From Spongiibacteraceae bacterium (GTDB lineage Bacteria; Pseudomonadota; Gammaproteobacteria; Pseudomonadales; Dasaniaceae): DNA of 64,000 nucleotides. Of the stretch, positions 9,770 to 20,203 are shown in pieces. The notes beneath the pieces were generated by a model, which searched no databases, was not told where the DNA came from, and saw only the letters and a list, made by a program, of their open reading frames with translations. The DNA lies in the NCBI GenBank assembly GCA_028280715.1, contig JANQLG010000012.1, forward strand, positions 62,211 through 126,210, read 5' to 3'. Each line of letters starts with the position of its first letter. Position 1 is the first letter of the stretch. The position numbers and the translations under genes are program-made.

Positions 9770-12700
9770 GTGATCTTCAAACTGCTGAGCAACGTCAGGG
9801 TAGTCGCTCTCTTCACTGCCTTAATTGTGGTCGCAGGTTTAGCTGCACTCAGTGAATTGCCTCGCACCGAAGACCCGGAACTGGCTATTCGCTTTGGCAC
9901 TATTCTCACCAACTTCCCTGGCGCTGATGCCGAACGAGTAGAATCTTTAATTACCGAACCCATTGAACATGAAATGCGTACCCTGCCCGAAGTTGGTAAT
10001 GTCGCTTCTTCATCTTCATTCGGATTATCCGTTGTAACCATTGAACTTGAGGACTCACTCAAGCCCTCTGAGTTGGATAGAGCATGGTCTGAAGTCCAGG
10101 AAGAATTGGATTTGGTAATCGGTAAATTGCCCTCTGATGCCTCCAAGCCATTTCTCGATAAAGACCGTTTTTCCGCGGTGACTATGGTGTTTGGATTGAC
10201 ACTCGAAGACACAGACAATCGAGAGTCGGAACATTATATTTCACAACTTAGCCGATACGCCGAAGATCTTGAAAGTGTTTTACTCTCGGTAAAAGGCACG
10301 GAATACGTCATCATCATTGGCGACCCCGGCGAAGAAATTATCGTAGAACTGGATATGGGCAAAGTGATATCCAGCGGTTTAAGTGTGACGGAAATTAGCA
10401 ACCGAGTTGCCCTCGCAGACACTAAAGTATCCGCAGGTTCAATCAACGGCGCAGGCCATCGCATTGCCATTGAAGTAGCCGGTAGCTTTGAAGACCTGGA
10501 ACGATTAAGACGCATTCCTTTAGTAGTCGGTAGCGAAGGTGTATTGATGCTCGGTGATATTGCCACCATACAACGCTTACCCGTCAACCCTGCTACCGGT
10601 TATGCGTTACTTTCAGGTCAGCGCGGTATCGCCGTGGGCGCACGCATGGACAGCAATATGCGTAGCGACATATGGCGAGAACGAATCTTGAAACGCGTAG
10701 ACAGTTATCAACAAACATTGCCTTCCAATGTGAAGGTTGAAATGATTTTCAATCAGGAAGAATACACAAATACCCGACTTCGTTCGCTGATCATTAATGT
10801 CATGATTGGCTTTTCACTGATCGTAGCCGTGCTGATGTTGTCACTAGGCTGGTGCTCCGCGCTGATTGTCGCCATCTCGTTACCACTCACTGCATTATTT
10901 GCCCTTGCTGCGTTGAATACCTTTGAACGCACAATCGATCAAATGACTGTCACCGGCTTAATTATTGCGTTAGGAATCATGGTAGATAACTCTATCGTCA
11001 TGGCAGATACCGTAGCACGATATCGAGCGACCGGTTTATCTATGTTCGAAGCACAGAAAAAAGCTGTTCAGCATTTGTGGATGCCACTACTAGGATCAAC
11101 ACTCACCACTATTTTTGCTTTTTTACCGATGATTCTTCAACCCGGTCCAGTTGGCGAATTTATTTCCGGTATTGGTGTTGCTGTGACCGCTTCACTAACC
11201 GGTTCATTCTTAATATCACAAATCTTCGTCGCGAGTTTAGCTGCACGCTTTTTAAACACGACTGCAGAGCGCAATGGCCATTGGTACACGGCAGGCATAA
11301 AAATTAAAAGCGCCGCTACTTTTTTACGCAATATAATTTTTAACGCCCTGTTAAAACCCTGGAAAACCAGCGCCATTATTTTTCTGGTTCCCATAACCGG
11401 TTTCTATACAGCAATGCAATTACCGACGGAGTTTTTCCCCGCTTCAGACCGGGACATGTTTAATCTGGAAATCAGATTGTCCGGCTCAAGCAATGCACAA
11501 GCAACACGTACACTGGTCGAACGCGTTGACGCAGTCATAGCCAATGATCCTGATATCGAATCACTGCATTGGTTTATAGGCAGTAACGCTCCCAAGGTGT
11601 ACTACAACCTGCCCTTTAATGCTGATGGTGCACAAAATTATGCACAGGCGATGATCAAAATGACGGATTTTAAAACCGCCAATCGCCGCGTACCGGAACT
11701 TCAAAAACAACTGGATCAATTATTCCCTGAAGCACAATTTATTATCAGGCGCTTTCAACAAGGACCGCCCTTTGCCCCTATCGAAGTGCGAGTAAAAGGC
11801 CCAGAGATTGAACAGCTCGCGCTTATCGGTGAAGACATTAAGCAACGTCTACTATCAATCAACGGTATTACCCAAAGTAGCGCCTCCATGTCTCAGGGTG
11901 TACCGAAAGCCACGATTATGGCTGATGAAGGCATTCTACGCAGCATTGGTTTAGCATTAGGCAATACTGCCACACAAACAGTCGCGGCTACCGATGGGCT
12001 GATTCAATCGCAAATACTAGAGGATACCCAATCCTTACCGATACGTGTTCGCGCCAGCGATTTTAAGCAGGATGATGGCGAACTATTAATGGACTTTCCC
12101 CTTATTGGCGCAAGGCAAGATTCCAGTGGGCTATACGGCACACCACTTTCATCATTAGCCAATGTGGTATATATCCCCGTGCGTAATTCCATAAGCCGCT
12201 GGAATGGACAACGCACGAATACGATAACAGCCTATTTGCAAGATGGATTACTGCCCAGCGAAATGTTGAGCATCTTTGTTGCGGATTTAGAAAAAAATCC
12301 ACTCACACTACCTCCGGGCTATACACTGGAATATGGTGGTGAAGCACAGGAAAGCGGTGACGCCATAGGTGGACTGTTAGGGAAAGTCGGGCTGATCATT
12401 ATTCTTATGATTATCTCTATTGTGATGGCATTTAATTCATTCCGCCTCACTAGTGTAATTATGCTGGTTGCCGTGATGGCAGCCGGATTAGGTATGCTGT
12501 CTCTAGGTATATCCGGTTATCCCTTTGGCTTTACCTCCATATTGGGCATCATGGCTATGATAGGGCTCGCAATTAACGCCGCTATCGTCATTATTGCTGA
12601 ATGTCGATCAAGTGCAGAAGCGAGTAAAGGAAATAAAGAAGCTATCGTTGATTCGGTCATGAATTGTTCAAGGCATATCACCTCCACCACCATCACCACT

Positions 12701-12901
12701 ATTATGGGTTTTATGCCGTTGTTAATTGCTGGCGGTGGTTTCTGGCCTCCCTTTGCTATCGTTGTCGCCGGCGGAACATTACTCACCACAATGTTATCGT
12801 TAATTTTAGTACCGATATTATTTTCAAAAATAGCCGCAAGACGTGCATTTCCAGCAGTAGATCACGAAGGGCAATCGTTATTGCTCGAAGATGGTGTTTA
12901 A
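9770..12901 (+). CDS. RND efflux transporter permease (AcrB/HAE1-like)
   Basis: 1043 aa with 12-TM architecture and two large periplasmic loops. Conserved AcrB-family stretches present (GLIIALGIMVDNSIVMAD, TTIMGFMPLLIAGGG). Confidence 0.9.
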   Translation: MIFKLLSNVRVVALFTALIVVAGLAALSELPRTEDPELAIRFGTILTNFPGADAERVESLITEPIEHEMRTLPEVGNVASSSSFGLSVVTIELEDSLKPSELDRAWSEVQEELDLVIGKLPSDASKPFLDKDRFSAVTMVFGLTLEDTDNRESEHYISQLSRYAEDLESVLLSVKGTEYVIIIGDPGEEIIVELDMGKVISSGLSVTEISNRVALADTKVSAGSINGAGHRIAIEVAGSFEDLERLRRIPLVVGSEGVLMLGDIATIQRLPVNPATGYALLSGQRGIAVGARMDSNMRSDIWRERILKRVDSYQQTLPSNVKVEMIFNQEEYTNTRLRSLIINVMIGFSLIVAVLMLSLGWCSALIVAISLPLTALFALAALNTFERTIDQMTVTGLIIALGIMVDNSIVMADTVARYRATGLSMFEAQKKAVQHLWMPLLGSTLTTIFAFLPMILQPGPVGEFISGIGVAVTASLTGSFLISQIFVASLAARFLNTTAERNGHWYTAGIKIKSAATFLRNIIFNALLKPWKTSAIIFLVPITGFYTAMQLPTEFFPASDRDMFNLEIRLSGSSNAQATRTLVERVDAVIANDPDIESLHWFIGSNAPKVYYNLPFNADGAQNYAQAMIKMTDFKTANRRVPELQKQLDQLFPEAQFIIRRFQQGPPFAPIEVRVKGPEIEQLALIGEDIKQRLLSINGITQSSASMSQGVPKATIMADEGILRSIGLALGNTATQTVAATDGLIQSQILEDTQSLPIRVRASDFKQDDGELLMDFPLIGARQDSSGLYGTPLSSLANVVYIPVRNSISRWNGQRTNTITAYLQDGLLPSEMLSIFVADLEKNPLTLPPGYTLEYGGEAQESGDAIGGLLGKVGLIIILMIISIVMAFNSFRLTSVIMLVAVMAAGLGMLSLGISGYPFGFTSILGIMAMIGLAINAAIVIIAECRSSAEASKGNKEAIVDSVMNCSRHITSTTITTIMGFMPLLIAGGGFWPPFAIVVAGGTLLTTMLSLILVPILFSKIAARRAFPAVDHEGQSLLLEDGV

Positions 12902-13675
12902 TCTTCCCGCCAGGCGAATACCTGCCTTCAGTAATTGCTGGTTAAGCGTATTAATATTGTTATCGCTATAGTTAAAGCCGAGATTTATAACTCCATTGCT
13001 CTGCTCATCAAAATCATAAACCTGCTTACGCAAAGCTTTGGACTCTTTGGCGTAATCGAGATAAGTCGCTAATTGCCATTTAATGATTTCTTCTTCATTA
13101 GCATGATCAATAAAATCAACATACTCGCTGTAGCTCAGTTGCTGCCCTTCAATTAACTGCGTATCCCATACACGATGCAGGTTTGACGGCTTGCCAAACC
13201 ATTTAACAGCAATATTATTCCCTCCCCTATCATCTCGCCGACCCACATGCAGAGGCTGATGAATATCGGCGATAAAATGCACATAAAAGGCCAAAGCTTG
13301 CCAGCGTTTTTCACCCTTCACTTCAGGATTTCGCAGTTGACTTTCAAAACGCTGCAGCGCGTCCAGCACATCACCTCTATTACTACGCTTAAAATTTTCT
13401 ATTGTTTCATGATCATCGATAGATATGTAATGCCAAGGCTTAGCTCTATCCCAGTTTTTATCTGATCGAATAGCATCAGGCCATGTAGATAACTGCGCTA
13501 GCGATCGACCATTAGTAATCAACATGATCTCCTGAAGCACTTTAGGTGTGAGATGATTTTCGGCAATTTGCGCAACGATGCGATGGCCATTTTTGCCAAA
13601 GCTGTAGACAGGAGAATGCCCAAAAAGTAAAAGACTAAAAAAGATACAGCTTATAATTAATCGTATCCGGAACAT
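12878..13675 (-). CDS. Secreted S1/P1-family zinc-dependent nuclease
   Basis: Signal peptide followed by the S1/P1 N-terminal signature (SFGKNGHRIVAQIAENHL...WHYISIDDH). The 3' end overlaps the RND gene end by 24 bp on the opposite strand. Confidence 0.75.
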   Translation of the reverse strand: MFRIRLIISCIFFSLLLFGHSPVYSFGKNGHRIVAQIAENHLTPKVLQEIMLITNGRSLAQLSTWPDAIRSDKNWDRAKPWHYISIDDHETIENFKRSNRGDVLDALQRFESQLRNPEVKGEKRWQALAFYVHFIADIHQPLHVGRRDDRGGNNIAVKWFGKPSNLHRVWDTQLIEGQQLSYSEYVDFIDHANEEEIIKWQLATYLDYAKESKALRKQVYDFDEQSNGVINLGFNYSDNNINTLNQQLLKAGIRLAGRLNTIFEQ

Positions 13676-13711
13676 AGAAAACCCTAGACCGGTGTATTTT
13701 CCAAATTCACA

Positions 13712-15082
13712 CTACCCTTTTACAGTTTGCCAAGGGCCTGTAATAGCTAACGTTTTCGCCGGAGAATAAATATTTACAAACATTGTATTTCCGTCTGCAG
13801 AAAAACATGCACCAGCAGTTTCAGTTCGTAGCTTCAGATGAGCAAATGGGTACACCTTTCCCTTTGGAGAAACTCCGCGCATATAATTGTTTATATCGCT
13901 ACCATATTGATCTTCACATACCAGCAAATGCCCTTGCGGCGTAACAGTTAAATTGTCACCAAAGTTGTATAAGGATTTATCAGTACTTTCCAAAAATAGC
14001 TGAATACGGCCAGGCTTATCCGTTTCCTCTGCTTTGCCCTCATAAACAGAAGGCTGGTAACGCATAATTTGGCCATATTTCGCAGCGCCGCCACTGGTAC
14101 AACAAAAATACAATTCGTTGTCTGCCCAGTGAATACCTTCTCCACGAGCGAAAACAGCAGCACCATCAGCAAACCCTCGTTGACGCAAATCATCTTCAGG
14201 GCTCTCTGGGTTCGATAAATCAATCCATTGTGTATTGAACCATTGATTAACTGACATATTGACTGACGACCAGTTACGGCTATCGAATTGTTTTTGCTGT
14301 GTTAACACCAACGCCTGCAATTTTCCACCTTTAGCCAGCTTGCCGTATTCATTCGGAATAAAACGATAAAACAGACTATCACTACGATCTTCCGTTAAAT
14401 ATACGATACCAGTTTTAGGATCAACTGCCGCCGCTTCGTGATTAAAACGCCCCATGGCTGTAAGAGGCAGTGGATCAATCAAGCCATTGGTATTTGCACT
14501 TACTTCAAATATATAGCCATGCGATTTACCGATACCAGATTCCGGGGTAGCCACTGATTCTTCGCAAGTCAACCAGCTGCCCCACGGCGTAATGCCACCA
14601 GCACAATTACGAATAGTACCGATCAAACTTAAAAATTCCTTCTCGGTCTGCCCAGTTTTGAGATTGTAAATAATATTACTGGTGCCACCAGGAAGTGCGA
14701 CACCATCTGCAAAACTGTCAAACGCTTTATCACTCTTAAAGTTTTTAAACATTGAGTCAGAATTTTTCAAATGCTTTGGATCGAGTTCATGATTACGAAT
14801 TAAAACCACTCGTTCAGAATCTAACTGAAAACACCCCATCCCATCAGCACGATTTGGCACGGGGAACCCATCCGACATTTTATCGCCTAACTGGGAGATG
14901 ATTTTATAGCTAAAGCCCGCAGGTAAATCGAGCAGCTTGCTAGGGTCTGGAATCAAAGGACCATACCCTTCAGCAGAGGCTAACTGGATTTCCGCTGTTG
15001 CGGTTTTACCCATAAAACTAGTAGCCAAACCAGTGAAGGCCATAGCACCGGCACCTAATGTAAATTGTCGCCTGGATAGCAT
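13712..15082 (-). CDS. Tat-secreted PhoX-like (DUF839) protein, putative phosphatase/beta-propeller
   Basis: Twin-arginine signal (MLSRRQFTLGAGAMAFTGLATSF). Repeated propeller-like segments. Family assignment by recollection only. Confidence 0.4.
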   Translation of the reverse strand: MLSRRQFTLGAGAMAFTGLATSFMGKTATAEIQLASAEGYGPLIPDPSKLLDLPAGFSYKIISQLGDKMSDGFPVPNRADGMGCFQLDSERVVLIRNHELDPKHLKNSDSMFKNFKSDKAFDSFADGVALPGGTSNIIYNLKTGQTEKEFLSLIGTIRNCAGGITPWGSWLTCEESVATPESGIGKSHGYIFEVSANTNGLIDPLPLTAMGRFNHEAAAVDPKTGIVYLTEDRSDSLFYRFIPNEYGKLAKGGKLQALVLTQQKQFDSRNWSSVNMSVNQWFNTQWIDLSNPESPEDDLRQRGFADGAAVFARGEGIHWADNELYFCCTSGGAAKYGQIMRYQPSVYEGKAEETDKPGRIQLFLESTDKSLYNFGDNLTVTPQGHLLVCEDQYGSDINNYMRGVSPKGKVYPFAHLKLRTETAGACFSADGNTMFVNIYSPAKTLAITGPWQTVKG

Positions 15083-15309
15083 TATTACTGCCCTCGGAAA
15101 TGATGGTGTAGAAATTAGCGAATGCTATATATTACTTTGACAATATTTCATTAAAAAGTCTCATTTTTATTAAAATAAAGACCTTACATTTAACAAAACT
15201 TTCAATGCCTGTAGCAAGTTTAAAATTGATATTTACTAGTATATGCATAAGCAAAGTGAGTATAAAAGATAACCCGCTATATATATCATTGATCACACTA
15301 TGATGTAAT

Positions 15310-15540
15310 TTATTTTTTGGCACGAAAAAAACCTGACTGGGAGATCAAAACAATACCTGTGCTTATACATAAAAAACCCAATAATATGGTGGTAGAAGAC
15401 GACGTTTCTGTCGACTTAAAATCAGCCCTGCTATGATTGTGCAAGGTTATTGACTCTCCGGAATTACCTTTTATACCCGCCCCAAAACCAATAATAATTA
15501 GAAAAATACCAGCAATAAATTTTGATAAATCTCTTCTCAT
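15310..15540 (-). CDS. Small two-TM membrane protein (hypothetical)
   Basis: 76 aa with two hydrophobic helices. Lies in a 660-bp AT-rich intergenic region. Weak call. Confidence 0.25.
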   Translation of the reverse strand: MRRDLSKFIAGIFLIIIGFGAGIKGNSGESITLHNHSRADFKSTETSSSTTILLGFLCISTGIVLISQSGFFRAKK

Positions 15541-15743
15541 AACAATTGACTTATTAAATATATTAGAAAGTTATGGCAATGGCAGCACCCGAGCCATCAT
15601 CCCCGCCTATAACACCGAAGCCCATAATCAATAAAATAGTTATGGTAAACCAGTTTCTCTGATTTTCCGCCAGGGCGTTTTTAAGAACTTACGCTTTTTT
15701 CTTTGCTCTTGCTTCCTGCTTATTTTCTAGCGCCAATTAACCA

Positions 15744-16712
15744 TCAAGTTAAAAAACGTAAAAAGACACAACGTTTTGGTATTCTTATTGAGCCTTTTTC
15801 TAGCCCATTGTTATTCAAACAGGTTAACTCCGGCCTATTAGGTAGGTCTTTCGGCAGTTTAACATTCCAGACCAAACCAATATTCATTAAACGGTTTAAA
15901 ACCCACCAACCCGGATCTGGTTGATGATGATAAATACCAAGAATTGCCGAACCAGGATACGCGTGATGATTATTATGCCAGGATTCTCCCATAGTTAAAT
16001 ACGCGGCAAATGGAACATTATGACCTTGAACTGCAGAGCCAATAATATGCCAATCTCTCTGACCCTGATTATGCGCAAAATAACCAATTAACCAATGCCC
16101 TGTGACAGAAACGGCTATTCTCGCCGAAACTCCCCATATGACCCAAGGCATACCGCCAAAGTAAAAAAATACGGCAACCCATGGAAGCTGCTGTAGCATC
16201 CAGGTTTTTTCCATAAAGTGATAAACCCCATCTTTCTCTATTCTTTTTTCTATAACAAATGTTGGAGGATGCCTGAGTTCTAAATCACAGTTTAATTGCC
16301 ACCATCCATCACGTAAAAAACCTTCACCGTGGCGCAGGTAACGATGACATTTGTTTTTTCGTTGCGCCCAGTCTCTTAAATCATGTTGTTGAACCATACC
16401 AAAGGGACCAGCCATTCCAACTAGCACGCCCAAATACACAAATAAATATTCCATCCATTTAGGGCATTCGTAACTGTTGTGAATCAGCCTTCTGTGCATT
16501 CCCAGTGAATGCCCCAGACACAATGTTAAAGCCGTCAATATGACAAAGACTAAAAATGCAGACCAGTTAAAAAATAGGCAACCACCTATAATAGCAACTA
16601 TTAAATGACCTAAATACCAAATGGATTTAACGGGAGACCATCTCACAACACCATCTTCGGCATTAGTCAGAATACTTTCTTGCATTCTGGGCGTTTCATT
16701 ATTTGTATCCAT
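15744..16712 (-). CDS. Acyl-CoA (delta-9) fatty-acid desaturase
   Basis: Three histidine boxes (HSLGMHRRLIH, HNQGQRDWH, WHNNHHAYP) and 4 TM segments, typical of membrane stearoyl-CoA desaturases. Confidence 0.85.
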   Translation of the reverse strand: MDTNNETPRMQESILTNAEDGVVRWSPVKSIWYLGHLIVAIIGGCLFFNWSAFLVFVILTALTLCLGHSLGMHRRLIHNSYECPKWMEYLFVYLGVLVGMAGPFGMVQQHDLRDWAQRKNKCHRYLRHGEGFLRDGWWQLNCDLELRHPPTFVIEKRIEKDGVYHFMEKTWMLQQLPWVAVFFYFGGMPWVIWGVSARIAVSVTGHWLIGYFAHNQGQRDWHIIGSAVQGHNVPFAAYLTMGESWHNNHHAYPGSAILGIYHHQPDPGWWVLNRLMNIGLVWNVKLPKDLPNRPELTCLNNNGLEKGSIRIPKRCVFLRFLT

Positions 16713-16795
16713 ACGCTCTCTAACTTAACGGGAATTAGCCGCAAATATTTAAATTCACATACTCAACCTGATGATACGATGTAACTGTCAATAAC

Positions 16796-17453
16796 TTACT
16801 CTATCTCTCTAAAAACACCGGACTGTTCAAACATTATTCCTAGAAGAGGATGCTCAACATCAAGATCAAAGCGAAATCTTTCATTATCTAAAGCCGTTTG
16901 TACAACTACCGTTTTTCCCGGAGTCAACCAATGCGGAATGGGCACCTTAAAGCCCAACACATTGCAAAAAAAAACGCTGGCTTTCAAAACAAATAGCACC
17001 ATCTTTTTCTGAAACCTTTAAATACATACCAAAACCAAAACCTACCAACTCAACCAGCCCTGATTGTTCTTGAATACACTTCGTAGATTTCACACGATTT
17101 GTTTTGCTATTGGAGAAACGATAAAAACGATCCCAGGTCATGCCGTGTAAGATGGGATCAGGGTATACCTTCACGGTAATTGGCACATGCTAACCTTGAT
17201 AAAACGCCAGAGGAGCGCCAATCAATCTACATAGTTGCGCCCAAATACGTCCAACAGCAGACATCGACACAACATCCATAATGCCTTCATAAGTAGTTTC
17301 TCGATGAGCATACTCCGTACTGAAACGCTTCTGGATATCAGGATGCAACCTTGCCCACGCATCACACCCTAACAATGTTTTATAGTTAGCATGTTCACTG
17401 GCGCGGTTTTTTATCAGTTTTTTGGGCAAACCTGGTGGTGGGTTTCTAGTCAT
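16796..17453 (-). pseudogene. Disrupted DUF4166 paralog (in-frame TAG plus frameshift at a T9/A9 homopolymer)
   Basis: Three ORF fragments (17190..17453, 16947..17186, 16796..17002) together align to the intact paralog at 18595..19119 (WGIPMP~LGFKVPIP, RYRFSVNV~RFRFDLDV). There is an amber codon at 17190-17192. The frame change falls inside an A9 run at 16966-16974. Confidence 0.55.
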
Positions 17454-18574
17454 GACAACCTCCTTTGCTCAATACCCCATCGTGCCGCGATGACAAAAAA
17501 TTCTTTCAGGGTAAACAATCCCATGCATGGCATGGCTCCTGTAACCACCCCGCCCTTGGCCATCTTATTAATGATAATTTCTGCTGAAATGGTAGGAACA
17601 TTGGGGCCAAAACCATCCTCTGCAATTAACTGCCATACCAAGGTTTTGTTTTTATCCTCTTCGCTCACGCCTTTAAGCACCACAAACATACCGCCAGCAT
17701 CGCTGCCCCAACGCAAAAACCACTCACTCATCACAAACAGCCAATCGGTGTAAAGCGACCAATTGTTGACCAAACCTGCACGACTCAACCATGAAAGCCC
17801 CCATAACCCTAGATGCATCAATGTGACTTCCAGGCCAGCCTGAAAAGAAACATTCTTAATCATTGGATAACGCACAGGTAGTAGTGCTAGGTCAGGAATA
17901 TCACAATTGCTCATCCAACGCTTACCTAATGGCCGACCAAAATCATAACGATTAATATCCTGCCAGCCATAAATGGTTTTTTGTTGTCCATTACATAATG
18001 TGGAAAAGGGCTTTCCGGTATACGACAAAATAGAGGCGACTGTGGCTTTTCCTCGTTCGGTTTTATTACCCGGAGAAATACCAAAACGAATAGTTTCCAG
18101 AGACACAAACTCATCAATATATTCATCAATCACCGCCGCGGTTAATCCTGGCACTGTGCTGGCGCCACTGACAACCATCACACCTTGAGATTGAGCCTTA
18201 TCATTTAGCTGAGATATATTGGCAACGAAGGCACGATCATCAGCCAAATCAACATAGTGACAACCTATTTCAATACAAGCATTCGCCACTTTATATGCCT
18301 GGTCGTCGTCTCGTTGTGCATGAAAGGGACCGGAAGCATTAACCACAATGCTTGGACTAACTTGAGTTAACAGCTGCGCCAGATCATCCTTCAACACATC
18401 AACGGCAAAGCACTCAACGGTTTTACCAAAATCATTGATTAATTGTTGCTGAAACATCTTGGCTTTAGTCAATGAACGGCCAGCAATGGCAACTTCGTAG
18501 TCATAGTGCTCCACCAAACTCAGTACGAGCCTTTTACCAAAGTTGCCATAACCACCGATCACCAGAATTTTCAT
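17450..18574 (-). CDS. Saccharopine dehydrogenase NADP-binding family oxidoreductase
   Basis: N-terminal Rossmann signature (MKILVIGGYGNFGKRLV). Co-occurs with DUF4166 genes on both sides. Confidence 0.7.
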   Translation of the reverse strand: MKILVIGGYGNFGKRLVLSLVEHYDYEVAIAGRSLTKAKMFQQQLINDFGKTVECFAVDVLKDDLAQLLTQVSPSIVVNASGPFHAQRDDDQAYKVANACIEIGCHYVDLADDRAFVANISQLNDKAQSQGVMVVSGASTVPGLTAAVIDEYIDEFVSLETIRFGISPGNKTERGKATVASILSYTGKPFSTLCNGQQKTIYGWQDINRYDFGRPLGKRWMSNCDIPDLALLPVRYPMIKNVSFQAGLEVTLMHLGLWGLSWLSRAGLVNNWSLYTDWLFVMSEWFLRWGSDAGGMFVVLKGVSEEDKNKTLVWQLIAEDGFGPNVPTISAEIIINKMAKGGVVTGAMPCMGLFTLKEFFVIAARWGIEQRRLS

Positions 18575-18594
18575 ACTTCATCCTTTATTGACAT

Positions 18595-19119
18595 TTATTC
18601 ACTATCAATGAGCTGCAATTCACCTCCATAACGAATGACACTGCCGATCAGGAACATCGTGACGTTGACACTAAAACGATAACGCCCTTCATATTCTTGC
18701 TCATAGGCTATCACTTGTGGGCTGAATACATTTGGCATGGGAATTCCCCACAACCGTGTTTTGATAAATTGATAATGCAATGCCCGATCCTTTTCGATTG
18801 CTTTAAAGGACAACGCCAACGGGCCTAAATACTCAATAAGAAAATCACCGTCCTGAGTGAAATGGGATTCCACCTTCAGTCCATCGAAATTGCGTTTCCA
18901 GTGCATAGTGTTTTCTGTATGTTCACAGTCCACCGATAATTGCGCCTGCGGATTGGCTTTAGGAAACTGAAATAGTCGGCAAATAATTCTTGCCGCCCAA
19001 TTACCCTGCTGCACATTGGCAATACCCTCAATGCGCTGTTTGCCGTCATGCACTTGCTGTAACAAGGGAGATAAACGTTGAAAGGATTCCCCCATATGAG
19101 CCATCAACACACTAGCCAT
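18595..19119 (-). CDS. DUF4166 domain protein
   Basis: 174 aa. Paralog of the disrupted gene downstream of the saccharopine-DH-like gene. Confidence 0.55.
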   Translation of the reverse strand: MASVLMAHMGESFQRLSPLLQQVHDGKQRIEGIANVQQGNWAARIICRLFQFPKANPQAQLSVDCEHTENTMHWKRNFDGLKVESHFTQDGDFLIEYLGPLALSFKAIEKDRALHYQFIKTRLWGIPMPNVFSPQVIAYEQEYEGRYRFSVNVTMFLIGSVIRYGGELQLIDSE

Positions 19120-19190
19120 TCAATAACTCCTTTTTAATTTCCAATACGGTTAATTGTCAGTAGCAAAAAATACCGCCGCCCTAAAGTCAG

Positions 19191-19634
19191 TTATGGCTTT
19201 TCACCACTGCTTTCCCCAATCAGAGGCTTTCCCTTTAGCCATAACAACAATCGCCTTAACCGAACGAAAAGGGGATACACCACTTTGGCAAGCTGGCGAT
19301 GACGCAGGATATTGCGATTAAGCCAACCCACAAAACCTTTGGCATCGCTGTGATTGGCAATCAAGCAAATGGCCTCATCACCAAAACAAAAACGGCCCTG
19401 GTAAAATACAATCGCACCCTGGTCGATATCCAGGCCATTAGCAGCGGCCGCTACCAATTCCTCAGGGTTGTGCCGACTATTGCGCACAGTGATATCGGAA
19501 TTATTCGTATCAATGGCACAAGCGAAGTGATTGCAAATAGGGCATTCTTTGTCGTACAAAACAACCATGGCCTCTCGCTTGTTCATCACTCTACTCACTT
19601 CATCCGTTTTAATTTCAGTCATTTCTGTCATCAC
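19191..19634 (-). CDS. DCC-family thiol-disulfide oxidoreductase (DUF393)
   Basis: Motif VVLYDKECPICNHF matches the DUF393/DCC1 pattern YDGxCxLC. Confidence 0.65.
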   Translation of the reverse strand: MMTEMTEIKTDEVSRVMNKREAMVVLYDKECPICNHFACAIDTNNSDITVRNSRHNPEELVAAAANGLDIDQGAIVFYQGRFCFGDEAICLIANHSDAKGFVGWLNRNILRHRQLAKVVYPLFVRLRRLLLWLKGKPLIGESSGEKP

Positions 19635-19642
19635 AGAAATGT
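19620..19642. promoter_or_regulatory. Inverted repeat CATTTCTGT-N4-ACAGAAATG (related half-site to the 20203 palindrome)
   Basis: Shares the TTTCTGT/ACAGAAA core with the 19-bp palindrome. Lies between the regulator gene and the DCC gene. Confidence 0.4.
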
Positions 19643-19660
19643 AATGGCAAATTTTTTTCG

Positions 19661-20203
19661 CTAGCTTTTTTTGCGCCCCGAACCAGGAATAAACTTAGCG
19701 ATCTTCGCCCCCATTTTCATCAGACTCACCAACGTCGGCTTGGGCAAAGCCTTCACTTGTTCATACCAATCCGTCAGCGTCGAGACGAAGGTCAGCATAT
19801 TAGCAATCTTGTCTTTTACTGCAGTTGGCGTTTCCTTATCACTTTCCATCTCCAGCACACACTGACGCAGCATCGTCAACGTCGGTTCCAACTCACGCTT
19901 CTTGCGCTCTTCCACAATGGTCATCAGCATTTCCCAAGTATCACCCTTCACCACGAAAAAATCCCGGCGATCTCCCAGTACATGCTCGATCTTAATTAAT
20001 CCCCAACTTTGTAGCTCCCGAATACTGGTGCTGACATTGGATCGCGCCACCCCCAGCAACGCTGAAATATCCTCAGCCGTTAACGGGTCAGGTGATAAAT
20101 ACAACAAAGCATGGATTTGGGATACCGTACGATTAACCCCCCACCGGGTGCCCATTTCGCCCCAGTGAAGAATGTATCGTTGCATTAGTGGTGTGATATT
20201 CAT
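19661..20203 (-). CDS. GbsR/MarR-like winged-helix transcriptional regulator
   Basis: N-terminal wHTH (WGVNRTVSQIHALLYLSPDPLTAEDISALLGVARSNVSTSIRELQSWGLI). A 19-bp perfect inverted repeat abuts its start codon. Confidence 0.6.
   Translation of the reverse strand: MNITPLMQRYILHWGEMGTRWGVNRTVSQIHALLYLSPDPLTAEDISALLGVARSNVSTSIRELQSWGLIKIEHVLGDRRDFFVVKGDTWEMLMTIVEERKKRELEPTLTMLRQCVLEMESDKETPTAVKDKIANMLTFVSTLTDWYEQVKALPKPTLVSLMKMGAKIAKFIPGSGRKKS

Noticed and set aside
9751-10587. Minus-strand ORFs of 155 and 117 aa inside the RND permease gene
   Set aside because: Antisense to a strongly supported 1043-aa AcrB-family CDS. Serine/threonine-rich junk translation.
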